A DNA stretch of 64,000 bases from Phoronis australis (taxonomy: Eukaryota; Animalia; Phoronida). The notes beneath the pieces were generated by a model. The model searched no databases. It saw only the letters and a list, made by a program, of their open reading frames with translations, and was not told the DNA's origin. A program made the position numbers and the translations under genes. The DNA lies in the NCBI GenBank assembly GCA_002633005.1, contig NMRA01000039.1:635021-699020 (forward strand), read 5' to 3'. Shown here one piece after another: positions 39,962 through 54,709 of this stretch. Position 1 is the first letter of the stretch. Every line of letters begins with the position of its first letter.

Positions 39962-42384
39962 CCGTATTCGTTCGGGTTAACGCCCATGCTCAGTTAACCG
40001 CCCACCCCCTACTTTAGGTGGATTTTCGATTTAACCGCCCACTGCTCGGTTAAGCGCCCCCCTGCGATTTTTGAAGATTTCCAGTTAAGCGCCCACCTCT
40101 CGGTTAAGCGCCCATCCCCGACTTTTAAAGAATGAAGATTTAGCGCCCAGTGCTAAGGAAACGTGCGATTTCCCGACTTTTAGAAAAAGATCGATGATCA
40201 CAAAGAGCGCAACGACGCCGGGCTTCCGAGACGGTGGTTTAGCAATGTGAATTACAATTCAAGTAACGAGTTATTGTCTTGGGTCATGGACTCACTTCAA
40301 AATATAATACTTGAACGTTTTTGTCACTTTATTTTCTTCCCATGTTTGCAAAGTTTAAGAACGCCGCCGGCGTCAAAACCTCCGCTTTCAGCGACTTTGT
40401 CTGCCGCGCTGAGTTTCCATCTGTAGTGCACAAGATAAAACATATATTCGAAAAAATCAGGCCAGAGAAATGTGATAATGGTTTTGCCAACCCTCCAAAT
40501 TCTATTAAGGTGGGAAGCTCTCGTATTTTGAACAAATCGCACAACTCACGGAAAGATGTCAAATTCTCAATATTTTGATGAATGTAACTGCCGGGTTATA
40601 GAGGATGTGTGGCGATCGAAGGGACAGTACAAGTTCCTTACTGGATTACCGATTTCGTTGCTGCCTATCGATTTCTGAATTCAAAGGTTGACAATAATGT
40701 ATGTTTGTGTATGATCTTGAGGTAATAAAAAACTGCTAGTCAAATTTTGTTTTTCGCGTATTGCATCTCAGTCAAACTGGCGTTAGCAGATTTAACTAAT
40801 GTCGCTGGCTGTTTACTATTTCTTGCGTCAGCCCCCACGTAAGCGTGACTGTGTGAATTATCGTTTCCACATCCCCTTTTTAGCCATCCAGAATAATTTT
40901 GTTTATACATTGGCCAGTTTCAGCCTGAACAAAAATTCTTACCATTCTAGTCTGAAATATCTACGACGTAGACTGACTGAAAATTGGCGATAGTGGGTAA
41001 GAGATGCACGCAGCTAGCTACGGGCATGGGCTTAGGGAACATCGAGCCGGGAAATATCGGAATTGACTTGACATCGCAGTTTTGGGGAACATTGGCAATG
41101 GAGGAACATCGTAAAGAATTGGGTCTTTTGTAGCAACAGCTTAAAAGTACATAGTCACGCCCGTTTTTGATACTTAGGACTGTCGCTATTCTCTTTGGCG
41201 ACTTTGTTGTGGTGCACGTGCGCAAAAAGTTCCCACACTTTGGAGTGCATGTTACCTTGACACCAACATGTGATTGACAGGTGACTCACACGTAGGCCCT
41301 ACGTGCGTGCTGAATCCCGCCGCTATCTTTTGCCATAAAAAAACGAGGTGCATATATCGAAAGAGGCCGTTATATTACTTGACGGCATTTATAAATCACG
41401 ATTGTCAGCCGACTGAGACATTGCGCGCTAACAGCCTGACCGAACAGTGCCGCAATGCGATTTTGCAAGTGATATAAATAGGATAATCTGGACATCCTGC
41501 ATGAAAAATAAATGTTTTTCCACCACGAAGTTTGGTAAGGTGATCGTTTAAGAATGAATTGAAACATCGCTGTTTTGTGGCGTTTTATCACATATTTATG
41601 CCGTGGCTCGAAATTTTATTGTTGATTGACGAGTGGCTCACCCCGATTCTTGTCTTAGGCCTACTTCTTTGCCGAGCATGTTTGGCACAACGGCAAGTGA
41701 GCAATGCCGGGCGGTCGAGATAAAAAAGCTAGCCGCAGAACCATACGCTGAAAATGTCATTGAGTCACGGAGTGTCGATATCCCAAACACAAAAAACATC
41801 TGAGTTAAGTTTATCAAACTTTTATTACAACTAATTTTAAAACTGCTCTCTGACTATGAATTTGGCAGCTAGTACGAGACTGTAACCATAAATTTGATGT
41901 CTGCTGTGACCTCTGCAACAAGTGAAGCTTGCACGCGCGCACTTTAGCAAGGTCACGTGTTGAAATATTTGCAATCCAAGTAGAGGCTGCGTGGTCTCTG
42001 GTCGTCTGCGCTGCGCAGGGCAAAGTAACAAGACCGCAGGACGCCACGGGGCTATTACTCAGTAATTCTGTAAATTTAACATTGAATAGCTAATCTGAGG
42101 GCAAGAGAATCTTTGTTGGGATCATCCGCTGTTATGACATTTTTCTCGTCATGTGGCGACGTGACGATAACGCTCTTTGAAAAGTACTATGCGTTCCGAG
42201 TACGAGGTAAGATTAACCGCCCAGGGCGGTTGCCTGTCGTAATAAGCGCCCATGTTCGGTTAACCGCCCACCCTGGATTTCTTGAAATTTCACGTTTAAG
42301 CGCCCATGTCTGGTTAACCGCCCACCCCCGATTTTTTGGGTTTGCCAATTTAACCGCCCAGGGCGTTAACCCGAACGATTACGG
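39962..42384 (+). mobile_element. Tc2/pogo-like non-autonomous DNA transposon, copy C (~2.4 kb)
   Basis: TA|CCGTATTCGTTCGGGTTAACGCCC ... GGGCGTTAACCCGAACGATTACGG|TA (23/24 TIR match); TTAA(C/G)CGCCCA subterminal repeats. Confidence 0.92.
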
Positions 42385-43844
42385 TAAATGTTCTCGAATA
42401 AAATACAGCCAGCACACACCAAGCTTAAGCCGTGAAATTAAACTTTCCCAAAAATTTATGGTAATGCTCCACTCAACACTTGACAACATCTACCACTTAT
42501 GATATGAAATTTCTTTATCCTCCTTTTCGTCAAAATTTTAACAAGTGAATTTCACTTCGCAGCCAGTAATGTGTGAATTGAAGAATTGTGTAATTTGATA
42601 AATTAGACAAACTAAAATGCCACATTTGTGTGATATTGTTCCAAAATGAACATGTTTTTACCACAGTCAGACATTACACACTGACAGGTGTTGACAATAT
42701 TTTCACTCAAAAATCAATGAAAATTTCCAATCAAATCTTTTCAGCGTATTTTCAAAATAATTCAGTGTTATACTTAGTGCGTTTTTTCTGAATTTTTGCC
42801 ACAACTTCGATGAAATTTGCCAGTCTTTTCTAGCTGTATGTAACCAACCATCAGATTTTATGCAGTGAAAAACTATTCGTTTAAATGCTTTTAAACAGAG
42901 GTTGGAATTTAGTGCCCTCACCTGGGCACACATCCTTACAACATCTTCGGCTGACCCCACTTTCAACCACATTCTGGACTCTAACCTTAGCAATTTTTAG
43001 TGCATGTGTTTGAAGTGAGTTATCCAGTTAGTGCGTGTTTTCCCCCATTTCCAATAAAATTTGCCTGTTGTAGGGGGTGCCCCAGAGTGCTTAGAGTTCG
43101 TATTCCGTAATAATGTTTTTTGCATCTTATGTTTTTACAGTGAGTGGCACGGGTGGTAGGAGTGGTTGGAGTTGGTCAGTCCATTCAGTTAGGTAAAATT
43201 TCACTAATTTCGTACCAAACTGACTTCCAAAATTACCTTTTTTAACGTTTTTCATGATGGTTATGAAACACGGCTTGACTAAGGAAAGCACTAATATGGT
43301 GCAACACATATTTTGAGGAAAAAAAACACGAAAACAAAATCCCACTTGACCACAGCATGTCCTGAATTGATGAGATTTTAACCCTATAGTATTCATAGTA
43401 GCATCAGTTCAACCTAGGGCAACAGTTTTCGTGGAACTCCGATATTAATAGCCAAGAGATTGGTAGATACAATTTACTAACTGAATTTAATGCATGACCA
43501 ACAGTTCATTATACAGAATCACAGAGGAGAGATGACAATATGCCAAATACATTAACCAAAGTGACAAAGGACCTGCACCAGCAGGTTAGTTAGAGCCAAA
43601 TCAATGAAACCAATAGAGCACAATTGTAGATATTTTGTGATTACTAAACTCGTCAATAGCCAGATTGTATTACGCTGGCGTCAACAAACTCGACAAAGAC
43701 CGATCAATAGACAGTGAGTCAACACAGCCCCTCATAAAAAATGCATGTCACCTACTTTCATCATGAACCAAAAGTCATACATGTTCGCTTATGGCGCAGT
43801 TGTGAAAGCTGTGCGCAATGAATCATAAAAATTCTACACTTAAG

Positions 43845-44075
43845 CCTCGACCATTCATAACTTTTCGTACAACCAGAAGTTATGTCAAGCCCTAGAAATC
43901 CGCAATCAAGGATTCGAAATAAAAGAATTCCAAAAGCTATGACACAGTCGTGAAAACTGTGCACAGCCAATGTTAAAAATTCTCCAGTAAGGCTCGACCA
44001 TTCATAACTTTTCTTACAACCAGAAGCGCTAGAAATCTGCAGTCAAGGATTCAAAATAAAAGAATTCCAAAAGCA
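43845..44075. repeat. Local imperfect duplication (~90-bp block, twice)
   Basis: ctcgaccattcataactttt...aataaaagaattccaaaagc at about 43846 and 43993. Confidence 0.75.
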
Positions 44076-45870
44076 ACAAATGTAGCTGTGTAAGGCATTT
44101 TAGAGTGATGTTTGTGGTTTGAAACAAAAGGTGAGAAATGGGATGAAACAAGTCTTAAATGTTCTATTTTCAGAATGACAAAAAATTAATTTCGGCATCG
44201 GGTTGAGCAATGCCAAACCTCAAAACACTGCCTGATATTGAACAATTTTCACCTAAGAGAATAAGTCTCGCCAAATTTAGCACTGACACAGCGCTTTTTC
44301 TACCCGAAGCCCTTAAATCATTATTTTCCAGGCAGCTGCACATCTGTCGTTTGAGCTGTTGCCCGTGTGAAATCCCAGAATTTGCGAGATTTAACATGAA
44401 AAATAGAGCACTGGAAGTAATCGTTGTGCCAACAGGAGTTGGAAGTGGTACCAGCAGACACAGAAGATACTTCATAACTCTAGTATCATCCCATTACAAT
44501 TCGCATGCCAACAAAATTTGAAGAGGATCGAGCAGAGGTCTCTTTCGTGCTCCCACAACACTAAAGAGTTCTACACCATTGGTTTACTGAAATACACCAA
44601 GAAAATTGGCAAATAAAAAAATTAGGGCTTGACAACAATTGCTATTCGCACATGCAAGCTGAAATTTGTAAATGCGCACTGAGATTTTGGTCAACTTTTT
44701 AGTTTTAGGTGTGTAACTTGGAAGTACTAGCTCATGTGAGCAGAGTTTGACACTTCCTCCACAAGTGACAAAAAAAGAACCAACTGAAGGAATCTCAATT
44801 TTTTAAAAATACCCTCACTTAGAACACTGTACTGTCAGCCTTTTTCCAGTATGCAATACCTTGCGAGACGGAACTTCTGAATGCGACCTGAATTCTGGGA
44901 CTTCAGGGACTAGGGTCTGAGGTTACAAATTACAACCTGTCCATCTTCATAGCTTCAAAGACTTTGAAAATACTGAGAAACGAAGATAAGTTTATATGGC
45001 CACCGAAGTTGAAAATTAGTGTATTAAACAATTTGTCAATCAAACTTCTGATCTGAGACAGTTCTCTGAGGCTTGTACCCATAATCTATTAAATCAATGA
45101 ATATTTGTCTCTGATTCCAAAGCAAGCAATTTATCTCCAATTCCAAAGTAAACAATTTGTCCGGATTTTAAAGTAAACACTTTTGTCTCTCACATCAAAG
45201 ATCAAATAATTTTTTGACAGCTCTCATTTTTATTGTGCACCTGGAAATTGTATTTAAGATGAAGACGGTGGAAAATGACAACATATCGCAGAATTTCCGA
45301 GAAATAATTCACCAACCAGACTGTATTGAATGAAAAACAACAATACTTTGTTCAGACTTAAATTGTGAGAATTTCAAGTTTCATGTTCAAAAAAGTGAAT
45401 GAATTGATGTAATAGTTGCAATTTATGAAGACTAATTTCAAATCTCTGTATTTACAGGCGTTTTTATGCTATCTGTGAGACGCTGTTTTTTGCTACCGAC
45501 GTATAGAGATAAAGCTTTGGTTCCTTGCTGCCTTCAGAAGTAACTTAAGATTTTTAGGATGTGCTGTTAGGCAGATTATCTGGTTATCTGCCTTTTGTTC
45601 ATTGAAGCTCTTGTAGTAAAACAGTTCTACAGTGCCGGAAATATGGGATAAATGGTTCCTTTCAACTCTCAATTGCGTGTGTATGGTAATTCACCACTAA
45701 TTAACCAAAGAAACAATTGCCAAAATTGTCATTTTTCGATTTTGCAAAGGCCGATTTCTTCGCTGCAAATAATGGAAAATCAACTAAAAATTTGTTTTAC
45801 GACACAGCGCAAACCATGCTGGTAATAAAATGAAATTTCCTGAATGCTTACTTTAGTGGAGAAATTTGAC

Positions 45871-46036
45871 CAGTCATATTATACGGTACCAGATATAAGT
45901 CCACTAGTCAGTCATATTATACGGTACCAGATATAAGTCCACTAGTCAGTCATATTATACGGTACCAGATATAAGTCCACTAGTCAGTCACATTATACGG
46001 TACCAGATATAAGTCCACTAGTCAGTCATATTATAC
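45871..46036. repeat. 38-bp minisatellite, about 4.4 copies
   Basis: cagtcatattatacggtaccagatataagtccactagt. Confidence 0.93.
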
Positions 46037-47544
46037 CATAATGGTAAAAATGTGAAGGACTATCATCCTTGCACAACATTGTTTAAAATTTTGCACAAGC
46101 ATTTTATGTTTTTAGTTTTTAATTGTTTTTTCATTTATTGAAAAATATTGGCATTACTGTCATATTTTAAAACTTTCCCATAACAACCAAGGTAATTTTA
46201 CAATATTGAATTGCAATCCTGTCAAATTTTACTCTTAATTTTGTTCTTACCGTGTCATTTCCAACACCCTAAGACACCTTCCTATTAGCCAGCCTGTCTT
46301 TATCATTCTTTTTCAGGTCATTTCCGCAATTTATTTTCAACATCAACAAAATCACAGATGTCCTTATTCTATAATGTCATTATCACGTCTTTTTGGCAAA
46401 TTGATGAGAAGTCTCTCCACAACCCTTTCATTGCGCAACTGCTCCACCAAAAAATATTCTCCAATCTGGACCAAATATAATGAATTAAACTAGCAAATGT
46501 CAATGTTTCAGATACTGCACAATGCTCAAAATTTCATAAAATTTCATTGGGTGTCAGCTACGCTATATAATCTATGCTAAAAATGAATAAATTTCGCTAA
46601 ATAAGTATTTTTGTTACGAAATTTGCTAGCAAAAATGAAATTCCCATCTTCCACCACACTGAGTCCGAAACAGAAGAATTTTCCCCTATCATTGGTTTCC
46701 ATGGTTTTTTTCACACAGTAATCACATAGTCACAGCTATCGCATCCAGCTAGTACGCAATTATTGAATAGAACAATGCTATTGACGTCACGCTTTTTGAA
46801 TCATGGCTAGGACTAGAGGTGCCATTATACTATGATGAATTAGCTCAGATTTGCAGGCATACGGGAAATATTTGATTTTCTCTGGAATATTGATGTTTCA
46901 TTGTTGCTTTGAATTTGTTGTTATTCATGGTCAGTTTCTTCTGACCACACCATGCTGAAGTTGTTAATCAGGAATTTTGAGCCAATGAATAGTAGTGAAT
47001 ACATCAGTTCCATTCTTTTCTCCAATTCATTTGAGTACGACATCTCCAACAAGAAGAAGAGTATATTGAGCACTGCACAATAACTTGCCATTGACAGAGG
47101 AATAGGACAGTAAGAGTCAACAGATAAGACACTGACTAGAACAGAGCTACCAATTAAACGCAAGATTAACCAACATTAAAACTGCAATTAACAGTCGATT
47201 TATCTGCCAAGATTGAGGCTACCTATTGTCCTCGTCACCTAATTAGTCATCATGGAAATGTTATTTAAAAAAGAAAATGTCAAGAAATAACAATGCTCAA
47301 CTAATATATATATATGATCGTTCTTTTGTTTTTGTTCATTGACATCCTTTGAATAAGCTGAGTGAAGGCAGTTTACACTCTGTACTTATTGCATGCATGT
47401 GAACATTGTTTAAAAAGGATTGCAGATGGTCCAATGACAGAAATGCATGTCAAGTGCAGGTTGCCTAACATTGGATCCAGTTCAGTCATGAAAAGTGACT
47501 TTAAAAGTGTATATCTTGAGACACCTTATACTTTGACTTAAGGC

Positions 47545-48015
47545 CACACACGCACACACGCACGCAAAAACGCACACAAGCATGCACTCACGCACACGCG
47601 NNNNNNNNNNNNNNNNNNNNNNNNNNNNNNNNNNNNNNNNNNNNNNNNNNNNNNNNNNNNNNNNNNNNNNNNNNNNNNNNNNNNNNNNNNNNNNNNNNNN
47701 NNNNNNNNNNNNNNNNNNNNNNNNNNNNNNNNNNNNNNNNNNNNNNNNNNNNNNNNNNNNNNNNNNNNNNNNNNNNNNNNNNNNNNNNNNNNNNNNNNNN
47801 NNNNNNNNNNNNNNNNNNNNNNNNNNNNNNNNNNNNNNNNNNNNNNNNNNNNNNNNNNNNNNNNNNNNNNNNNNNNNNNNNNNNNNNNNNNNNNNNNNNN
47901 NNNNNNNNNNNNNNNNNNNNNNNNNNNNNNNNNNNNNNNNNNNNNNNNNNNNNNNNNNNNNNNNNNNNNNNNNNNNNNNNNNNNNNNNNNNNNNNNACAC
48001 ACACACACACACACA
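47545..48015. repeat. CA-rich microsatellite spanning an assembly gap (N 47601-47996)
   Basis: cacg/caca repeats on both sides of the n run. Confidence 0.9.
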
Positions 48016-50493
48016 AATACAAATATAAATATATACATATATACACATTTCATTGAAAAGTAAGCTGTTCTTGGCCTTAGATTGCTTGTTCAACAAACTT
48101 TCGTATTGTCTACATGAATGTCTTTCTTCAGAGGGCAGTTGAAATAGTAGATCACTAGTGTAAGTGGCATCACGAACACAAATATATGAGTATATGTAAA
48201 ATAAAACACTGTACAAAACATTTCATAATAAAACAGTTGCTGTACTTCGACTAGACTTCAGTCATCCAAGGCAAATAAATTTGAAATCATAAACGCTATC
48301 TTGTATGATACATGAAACTAGAACAATGCCATTAAACACGAATATAAGGTTGCATATACAAGAACGCAATTACAGAAGGAATTGTCATGGGAATTAATGT
48401 ACTATAAAACATTGAAAAATTTAATAAAACACATAGGTGTTACAACATATGGACATAATTTATATAACAACAAGGTACAATGGAACCCAGTATCTTTCAT
48501 TGAAGATACCACTTTGATCTGTTTTTACAAGTTTAATTTCAGTTCTTTCAAACTCTCAAAATAGAGATCTTGTCTTTACATCACAACAGTGCAATAAAAA
48601 TCCAATCGACATCAGTGGGTTTACAAAGCGAGACTTCGAGACACATATCTCATCTTCAGGCTACTATTTACAACTAGTTCACAGTGAAACGCACAGCAGA
48701 AATGACAAATGCAATATAACACATGAAGTTGGCATGCGCAACTATGATGATAAAAAACACACATGTATAAATATACATACTTTGCTGTGCATCATAATGT
48801 ACAGATCATCTAAATAATGATAGTGTCCTTTGAGTTTCTACTATTCTGTGCTTCAGTACATCATGGATTAGGTGCATGATAGTCTAATTCTAGTTTGCCT
48901 GCGCATCAAAGCTGTTTCGAGTTTTTACTAGTTTATACCTCCAATTTAGGGGTCATCGAGTGCACACTTGAACTAGACACTCATAAGTTTTAACCCTAGC
49001 ATACACAAGTAAAGACTAACAGACACCTATCTTGAGTTAGCGCAAAAGTAGAACTGAAAATTTGAAAAATACTTTCATATTCAATTTTGAGTACTATGAT
49101 AATATCCCTGATGCAGTTCAAAATCAGTACGACAACTTTTAGCTGAAGAGCATTATAAACGTTTAGACTTTACAAGCCAAACGCTCGGCTCATTAAAGCT
49201 CATTGGCACATAGAATGACCGAATGTAGCATTTGTGAGTATTTCGATGAGTTAAAAACAATAAGTAAAGTTGATGGAAGGGTTGCAACAGTGTGAAGTTA
49301 TAACAGCTAGTTAACACCTGTTTGAGACAGGAAAATGAACTAGGCACAAGATGATGTCGCGTACGTAAGTGACCGAAGACAAAAGTTTAACTTTTCCAAC
49401 TTAAATGACACAGGTAGCGCAACTCGGAACGGATCAGTTTGGTCCACCTCAAGTGCTAGTATGAGCTGAAAGGTGGAGTGAGGAAAATCAGCCCTTAACA
49501 GTTGAGGTTACACACGACCTTATTGACAGGCCTGCCAATTCAGCCAAATACTTACAAAATTATATATATTTTAGCTCAAATATCTACAAATTGAATGTAT
49601 ATTCTCTGACAGTAGAAAGCCTGCAGATTTTTAACCTTTTAACAACCTGTTAATTCATTGGGTCCTCCAAAACCTTAAGCCCTTGCAGAGCTGAAACACA
49701 ACTGTAAAGCCTGCTTCTTCAGTCCAGAATTAGCAGTAATCTCACCAAAATGAAGAATGCCTTTTGAAATAAAGTGCAACAGATCGGCATGACTTTGGGC
49801 AGAAGCTTTTTGTGTTTTGTTTTCAAAAAATCACACTAGGAAAGCTAAAAGACATTTTTTTCAAAAAAAAAATAAAACTAGGAAAGCTTCAAGACATGTT
49901 CTCTGAAAGAAATGACCTCATTCTTCCGATAGACCTAACTCGACATGTTTTTCAATTAGGCACTCAGCTTCCAAACCTATGTGTCTAATCAGTATGACAG
50001 CCAACACGTTGGCCTGCGGGATATGATCAAACAGAATTTTCCATAATCTTACTGCCATGTGCCAAGCAGTCGAGAGATTTCGCATAATATCCATCCATGG
50101 GATTATATCGATTTGGAACCAGGAGCATTTCAGACAATAAATATTTTATTAGAAGGTAGTGGGTAAATTTCATTTGCAAACTGAGTGTCTCTACTTAGCA
50201 ATGTTCATAGATCAATGAACCATTGGTGCTATGCAAACAAATATTAATGCAGTCCCACTAAAGTACAACCACAGAGAAAAATTCCATTCATGCTTCATTC
50301 CTGACACTTGGGGCAGACCAGCAACTTGGAACATGCCAAAACAATCAAACAAATTCCTTTACTGGACATTATACCTAGTTACAGTTCATTACCTGTGGTG
50401 ACTAGTCGTGACTCCAATCTGACTCAAAACCTGGGTCAGACCAGAGAAAGAATGCAACACAAATACTATGCTTTGAATTTTCTGTCTAAGTGT

Positions 50494-50685
50494 GCTACTT
50501 TCAATAGCACACTGGGCTCTACCCTTTCAATAGCACACTAGGCTCTACCCTTTCAACAGCACACTGGGCTCTACCCTTTCAATAGCACACTAAGCTCTAC
50601 CCTTTCAATAGCACACTGGGCTCTACCCTTTCAATAGCACACTGGGCTCTACCCTTTCAATAGCACACTGGGCTCTGCCCTTTCA
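50494..50685. repeat. 26-bp minisatellite, about 7 copies
   Basis: ctaccctttcaatagcacactgggct. Confidence 0.92.
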
Positions 50686-51950
50686 AAATGCCAATGGTGT
50701 CCAGCAACATTCCATAGGAGGCAACAAACGTGTGAACTCAAGTTCTGCCACCAGTATGAACTACAAGCACAGAAATAGGACAGTCTGTTTACAAAAAAAA
50801 AAACAGGTAAATAAGCACGGGTAAATAAGCAAGCTGCTAATGTGATCGCCTAATGTCATCCAGTAAGCATTATGCCTCCTCCCCCCTTGGATGAAAAATT
50901 TCAAGTCCGGGCCATCGTCTTCTCCGTTGGAAGAAAAATGCACTCGCTGGCTCAACGAAGAACACCCAGATTCCCAAATGTACAGTTCATCTAGACGTTA
51001 GTTAGAAGTCTGATCAATGTGTTCATTGCTGCCCAAATTCACTGAAACCATGGCGTCCTATACAACACTTTCGCAACAAGCAGTTTTTACACCAACACCA
51101 GTGCGAATGCCTATGCAAGGAAAACAAACTTTTTACATATTACGGGATACCGACAGCAGAGTGCCTAGCAAATATGAGGTTGAGAGCACAGAAATTCCAA
51201 GAAAACTTGAGTTTAAAAGTTATATACTCTTTTATATGCTGTTCCTACAGGGGTACTTAGCACATGCAAATACGACATAATGACATCACGCCAGAGGAGA
51301 GGCATTCACTTGATGACNAAAATGCCAATGCTGTCCAGCAACATTCCATAGGAGGCAACAAACGCGTGAACTCAAGTTCTGCCACCAGTAGGAACTACAA
51401 GCACAGAAATAGGACAGTCTGTTTACAAAAAAAAAACAGGCAAATAAGCACGGGTAAATAAGCAAGCTGCTAATGTGATCGCCTAATGTCATCCAGTAAG
51501 CATTATGCCTCCTCCCCCCTTGGATGAAAAATTTCAAGTCCGGGCCATCGTCTTCTCAGTTGGAAGAAAAATGCACTCGCTGGCTCAACGAAGAACACCC
51601 AGATTCCCAAATGTACAGTTCATCTAGACGTTAGTTAGAAGTCTGATCAGTGTGTTCATTGCTGCCCAAATTCACTGAAACCATGGCGTCCTATACAACA
51701 CTTTCGCAACAGGCAGTTTTTACACCAACACCAGTGCGAATGCCTATGCAAGGAAAACAAACTTTTTACATATTACGGGATACCGACAGCAGAGTGCCTA
51801 GCAAATATGAGGTTGAGAGCACAGAAATTCCAAGAAAACTTGAGTTTAAAAGTTATATACTCTTTTATATGCTGTTCCTACAGGGGTACTTAGCACATGC
51901 AAATACGACATAATGACATCACGCCAGAGGAGAGGCATTCACTTGATGAC
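50686..51950. repeat. ~632-bp tandem duplication separated by a single n; probable allelic contig overlap
   Basis: 50686-51317 matches 51319-51950 with a few substitutions; n at 51318. Confidence 0.85.
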
Positions 51951-54164
51951 GATGAACACTCAAAGTTTCAGTGCAGCACTGAGCCTGGAACCACACGAAC
52001 ATGGTGGATCTCTGCGTCCAAAAACACTTGCTGGATCCATGCAGAGGAAGAAGTTGGAATCCCGAAGCAATTAGGCAAATTATAATTTGTAATCAATTTC
52101 CATCCGTGTGAATGAGAACTTACTGTAGGTAACAGGCCGTGTAAATGCAGGCAGGTGATGTCGTAAGTCACTCTATGTCACAAGTCACTTAAGTAAAAGC
52201 AACACATGTGGGAGTCTGCCACCAGTGTTGTTTACCTCACATGAACCAAACTGGGCACCAAGCTGTATTTGAAAACACCTCAGCCATGTGTAGAAAATCT
52301 AATCTCTAGTCATATTTGAAAAGCTCCACGCCTACATAAACATACCAACATAACAATACTTCTATAGCTTGTTTCTGCACAAAAATCTAATACGGTATGC
52401 TGACAAAATTGACCCCCTTTGTTGTATCACAAGAAAATTCCTTATGAGAACGCTGAAATAAAGATACTAACTTTTAAGTGAAATTTGCACGCTAATTCCT
52501 CATCTGTGTGTTTGCTTGGTCAAAGTAGTTAGAAACACAGCATATAACGACGATGTAAATATGAAGTAGGTTGAAAATTGCCAAAATTGTTCAAAGAACA
52601 AGTTTTGTGGCAAAAATGACACCCCGCAAATTACTCAACCGTGTCCAGTATTCCTAAGGTGGTACAATTGCAATTTGTTTAGCATAGCATACATCAAAAT
52701 AGCATTATGGTTTAGTGCCTGCAATACATTCATAGTTAAGAGCACACAAATATACCTTTAATAACCTGTAAATACAGAATATCTTATTTTCAGTATGTAA
52801 TTGCTCACAAACATTTCCTTGTAGAGTTACCACATTGCTGTATATATACCAAATAAAAACAACATTCAGTTTCAAAGTATAGCCAACGGTCTTTCCCAAT
52901 CACTACTAAAACCTGGACAGGCTAAATCAATAACGGCATTGAGAAAGAACAAAACAACGAGCAAGCTCCAAAGACAACCTTTTAAAATATCTATTAAATT
53001 ATTCATCCACTCAGGCTGGGTAAAAAAAATCAAACCCAACAAAAGATTACTAGGCATGGTTCATTTCCGACAACAGCGAAAAGCTATTTACGACTTGCTT
53101 CGTAGCTTCCATAATTCGATCCAATTCAAGTCTCAGTAGATTTTGGGTCTCTTGCCAATATACGTTTCCATCTGCTTCTTCATTATCTCCTTACAAAGTT
53201 TGTCAGATGCAAAAATATTAACAGGCTGTCTGAGTATAACAGCTAGCTACTTTAAAAGACTGAGACATGGCAGTGAAATCTGCTCAAACCATAAAATGAA
53301 AAATATAGTTTACGTACAATAAACATTTCTTAACAATCAGCTTATTGCCTACATGCCGTTTAAGAAACCACTTTTCATCAAAAAATAGAATACGACTCAA
53401 AAATATTCAGTATATCTGAGATATTCAGGTCATTGACCAAAAATCAGCTTGTTTCAGCAGATAGTACTCTTTGGTTCTTACCTTTCTTTGAATAGCTTGT
53501 GTTTAATTTGGTATCTTGTCTCAAATTGCAAATTTGGTATCTGGTCTCAAATTGCAAGTTGGTTTGTGCCTGGGTGTGTGTATTTGTCAGAGAAAAATCA
53601 AGCATATGTTGTTATAAATAAATGGTAATAAAAAGTATGCAAAAAATCAACTTGTTGTTAAAATCATCAAATAAATCCAAAAGCACTGAATCAGTTTATT
53701 ATCCAAATATATTCCATTTTCCGAAGATATTTCAATATTTTACCCAAGTGGGTTATACCTGTACATCAGTTGGTTGTATGTTGTTGATGTATACTATCAT
53801 CAGGACTGGTTGTGTATGGAGTAAGCCTAGACTTACTACCAAAAACAGGAGGCCTGTCAGGAAGAGAATAACTATTCTCCCAAAAATGACATGATTAGAA
53901 ACAGACATCTAAAACAACAGACTGCAAGTTGATGGACACTGATCACTTTAGGGAACCTTCAAATCGAGAGAATTGCTTCTCTAAAGGCCCATGGGCCTAC
54001 CGCATATCTTGAGAATTTTTCAAATATAGGGGGACCCATTAGTGGGAGTTTCTTTCAATGTTTGAGGAGACCGACAGTCTCAAACACCTCACAGCATGCA
54101 AACAACAATGAGCAGTGGGTTTGATATGATACCTTTGATCAAGCTTCTTATCAAAGATGATGCA

Positions 54165-54630
54165 AAAGCCTAGATAAAAAATTCCAAATTTAGCTAATTT
54201 TTGAACATCATATCTCAGAACTGGCTGATGAGATTCAGATGAAAGTTTCAGCACACTACCCTTGATACACTGTTCTCTAAAACCCTGTCACGACAATGGT
54301 CCACTTTCGCATAAGCGCTAATAAAAATATTATTTTCATCACTTTTATGAAGAAATTGCACAAAACAAAAACGAAATACTTCTATAAAACTGCAACAGCT
54401 TTTTTGAGATTTCATCAAAAACATTTACCGAACATCAAATAAAACTTGCACGTGATATTGATACATTTCTCTTGCTTTGAATGTACCTTCCTTTTTTGGT
54501 AATTTTACTAAGACATGATCATGTGAGCCAATTAATGACAGATTTGTCTAAGTTGAAAATAAAAGAACACACTTTTGATGACTTGATTTTAACTTTCATA
54601 GATATTTGACTTAATGCACTGGACTTTATT
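54165..54630 (-). mobile_element. Reverse copy of the TTAA MITE family; boundaries approximate
   Basis: Reverse complement gctgaaactttcatctgaatc...tctgagatatgatgttca...aaatttgga matches 9814-9885. Confidence 0.55.
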
Positions 54631-54709
54631 TGTGACAAGACATTACAGGACATTTTCTCGCAGGCAATTTGAAAATGTATCACGAAAATGTAGTGTATCC
54701 AGCTAGGGC

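Noticed and set aside
40321-40578. Short ORFs inside the Tc2-like element as a transposase
   Set aside because: No recognisable HTH or DDD motifs, and the frames are not preserved between copies B and C
51017-51913. Two identical 87-aa ORFs as duplicated genes
   Set aside because: They come from a near-identical duplication joined by a single n, probably an allelic overlap, and have no recognisable domain
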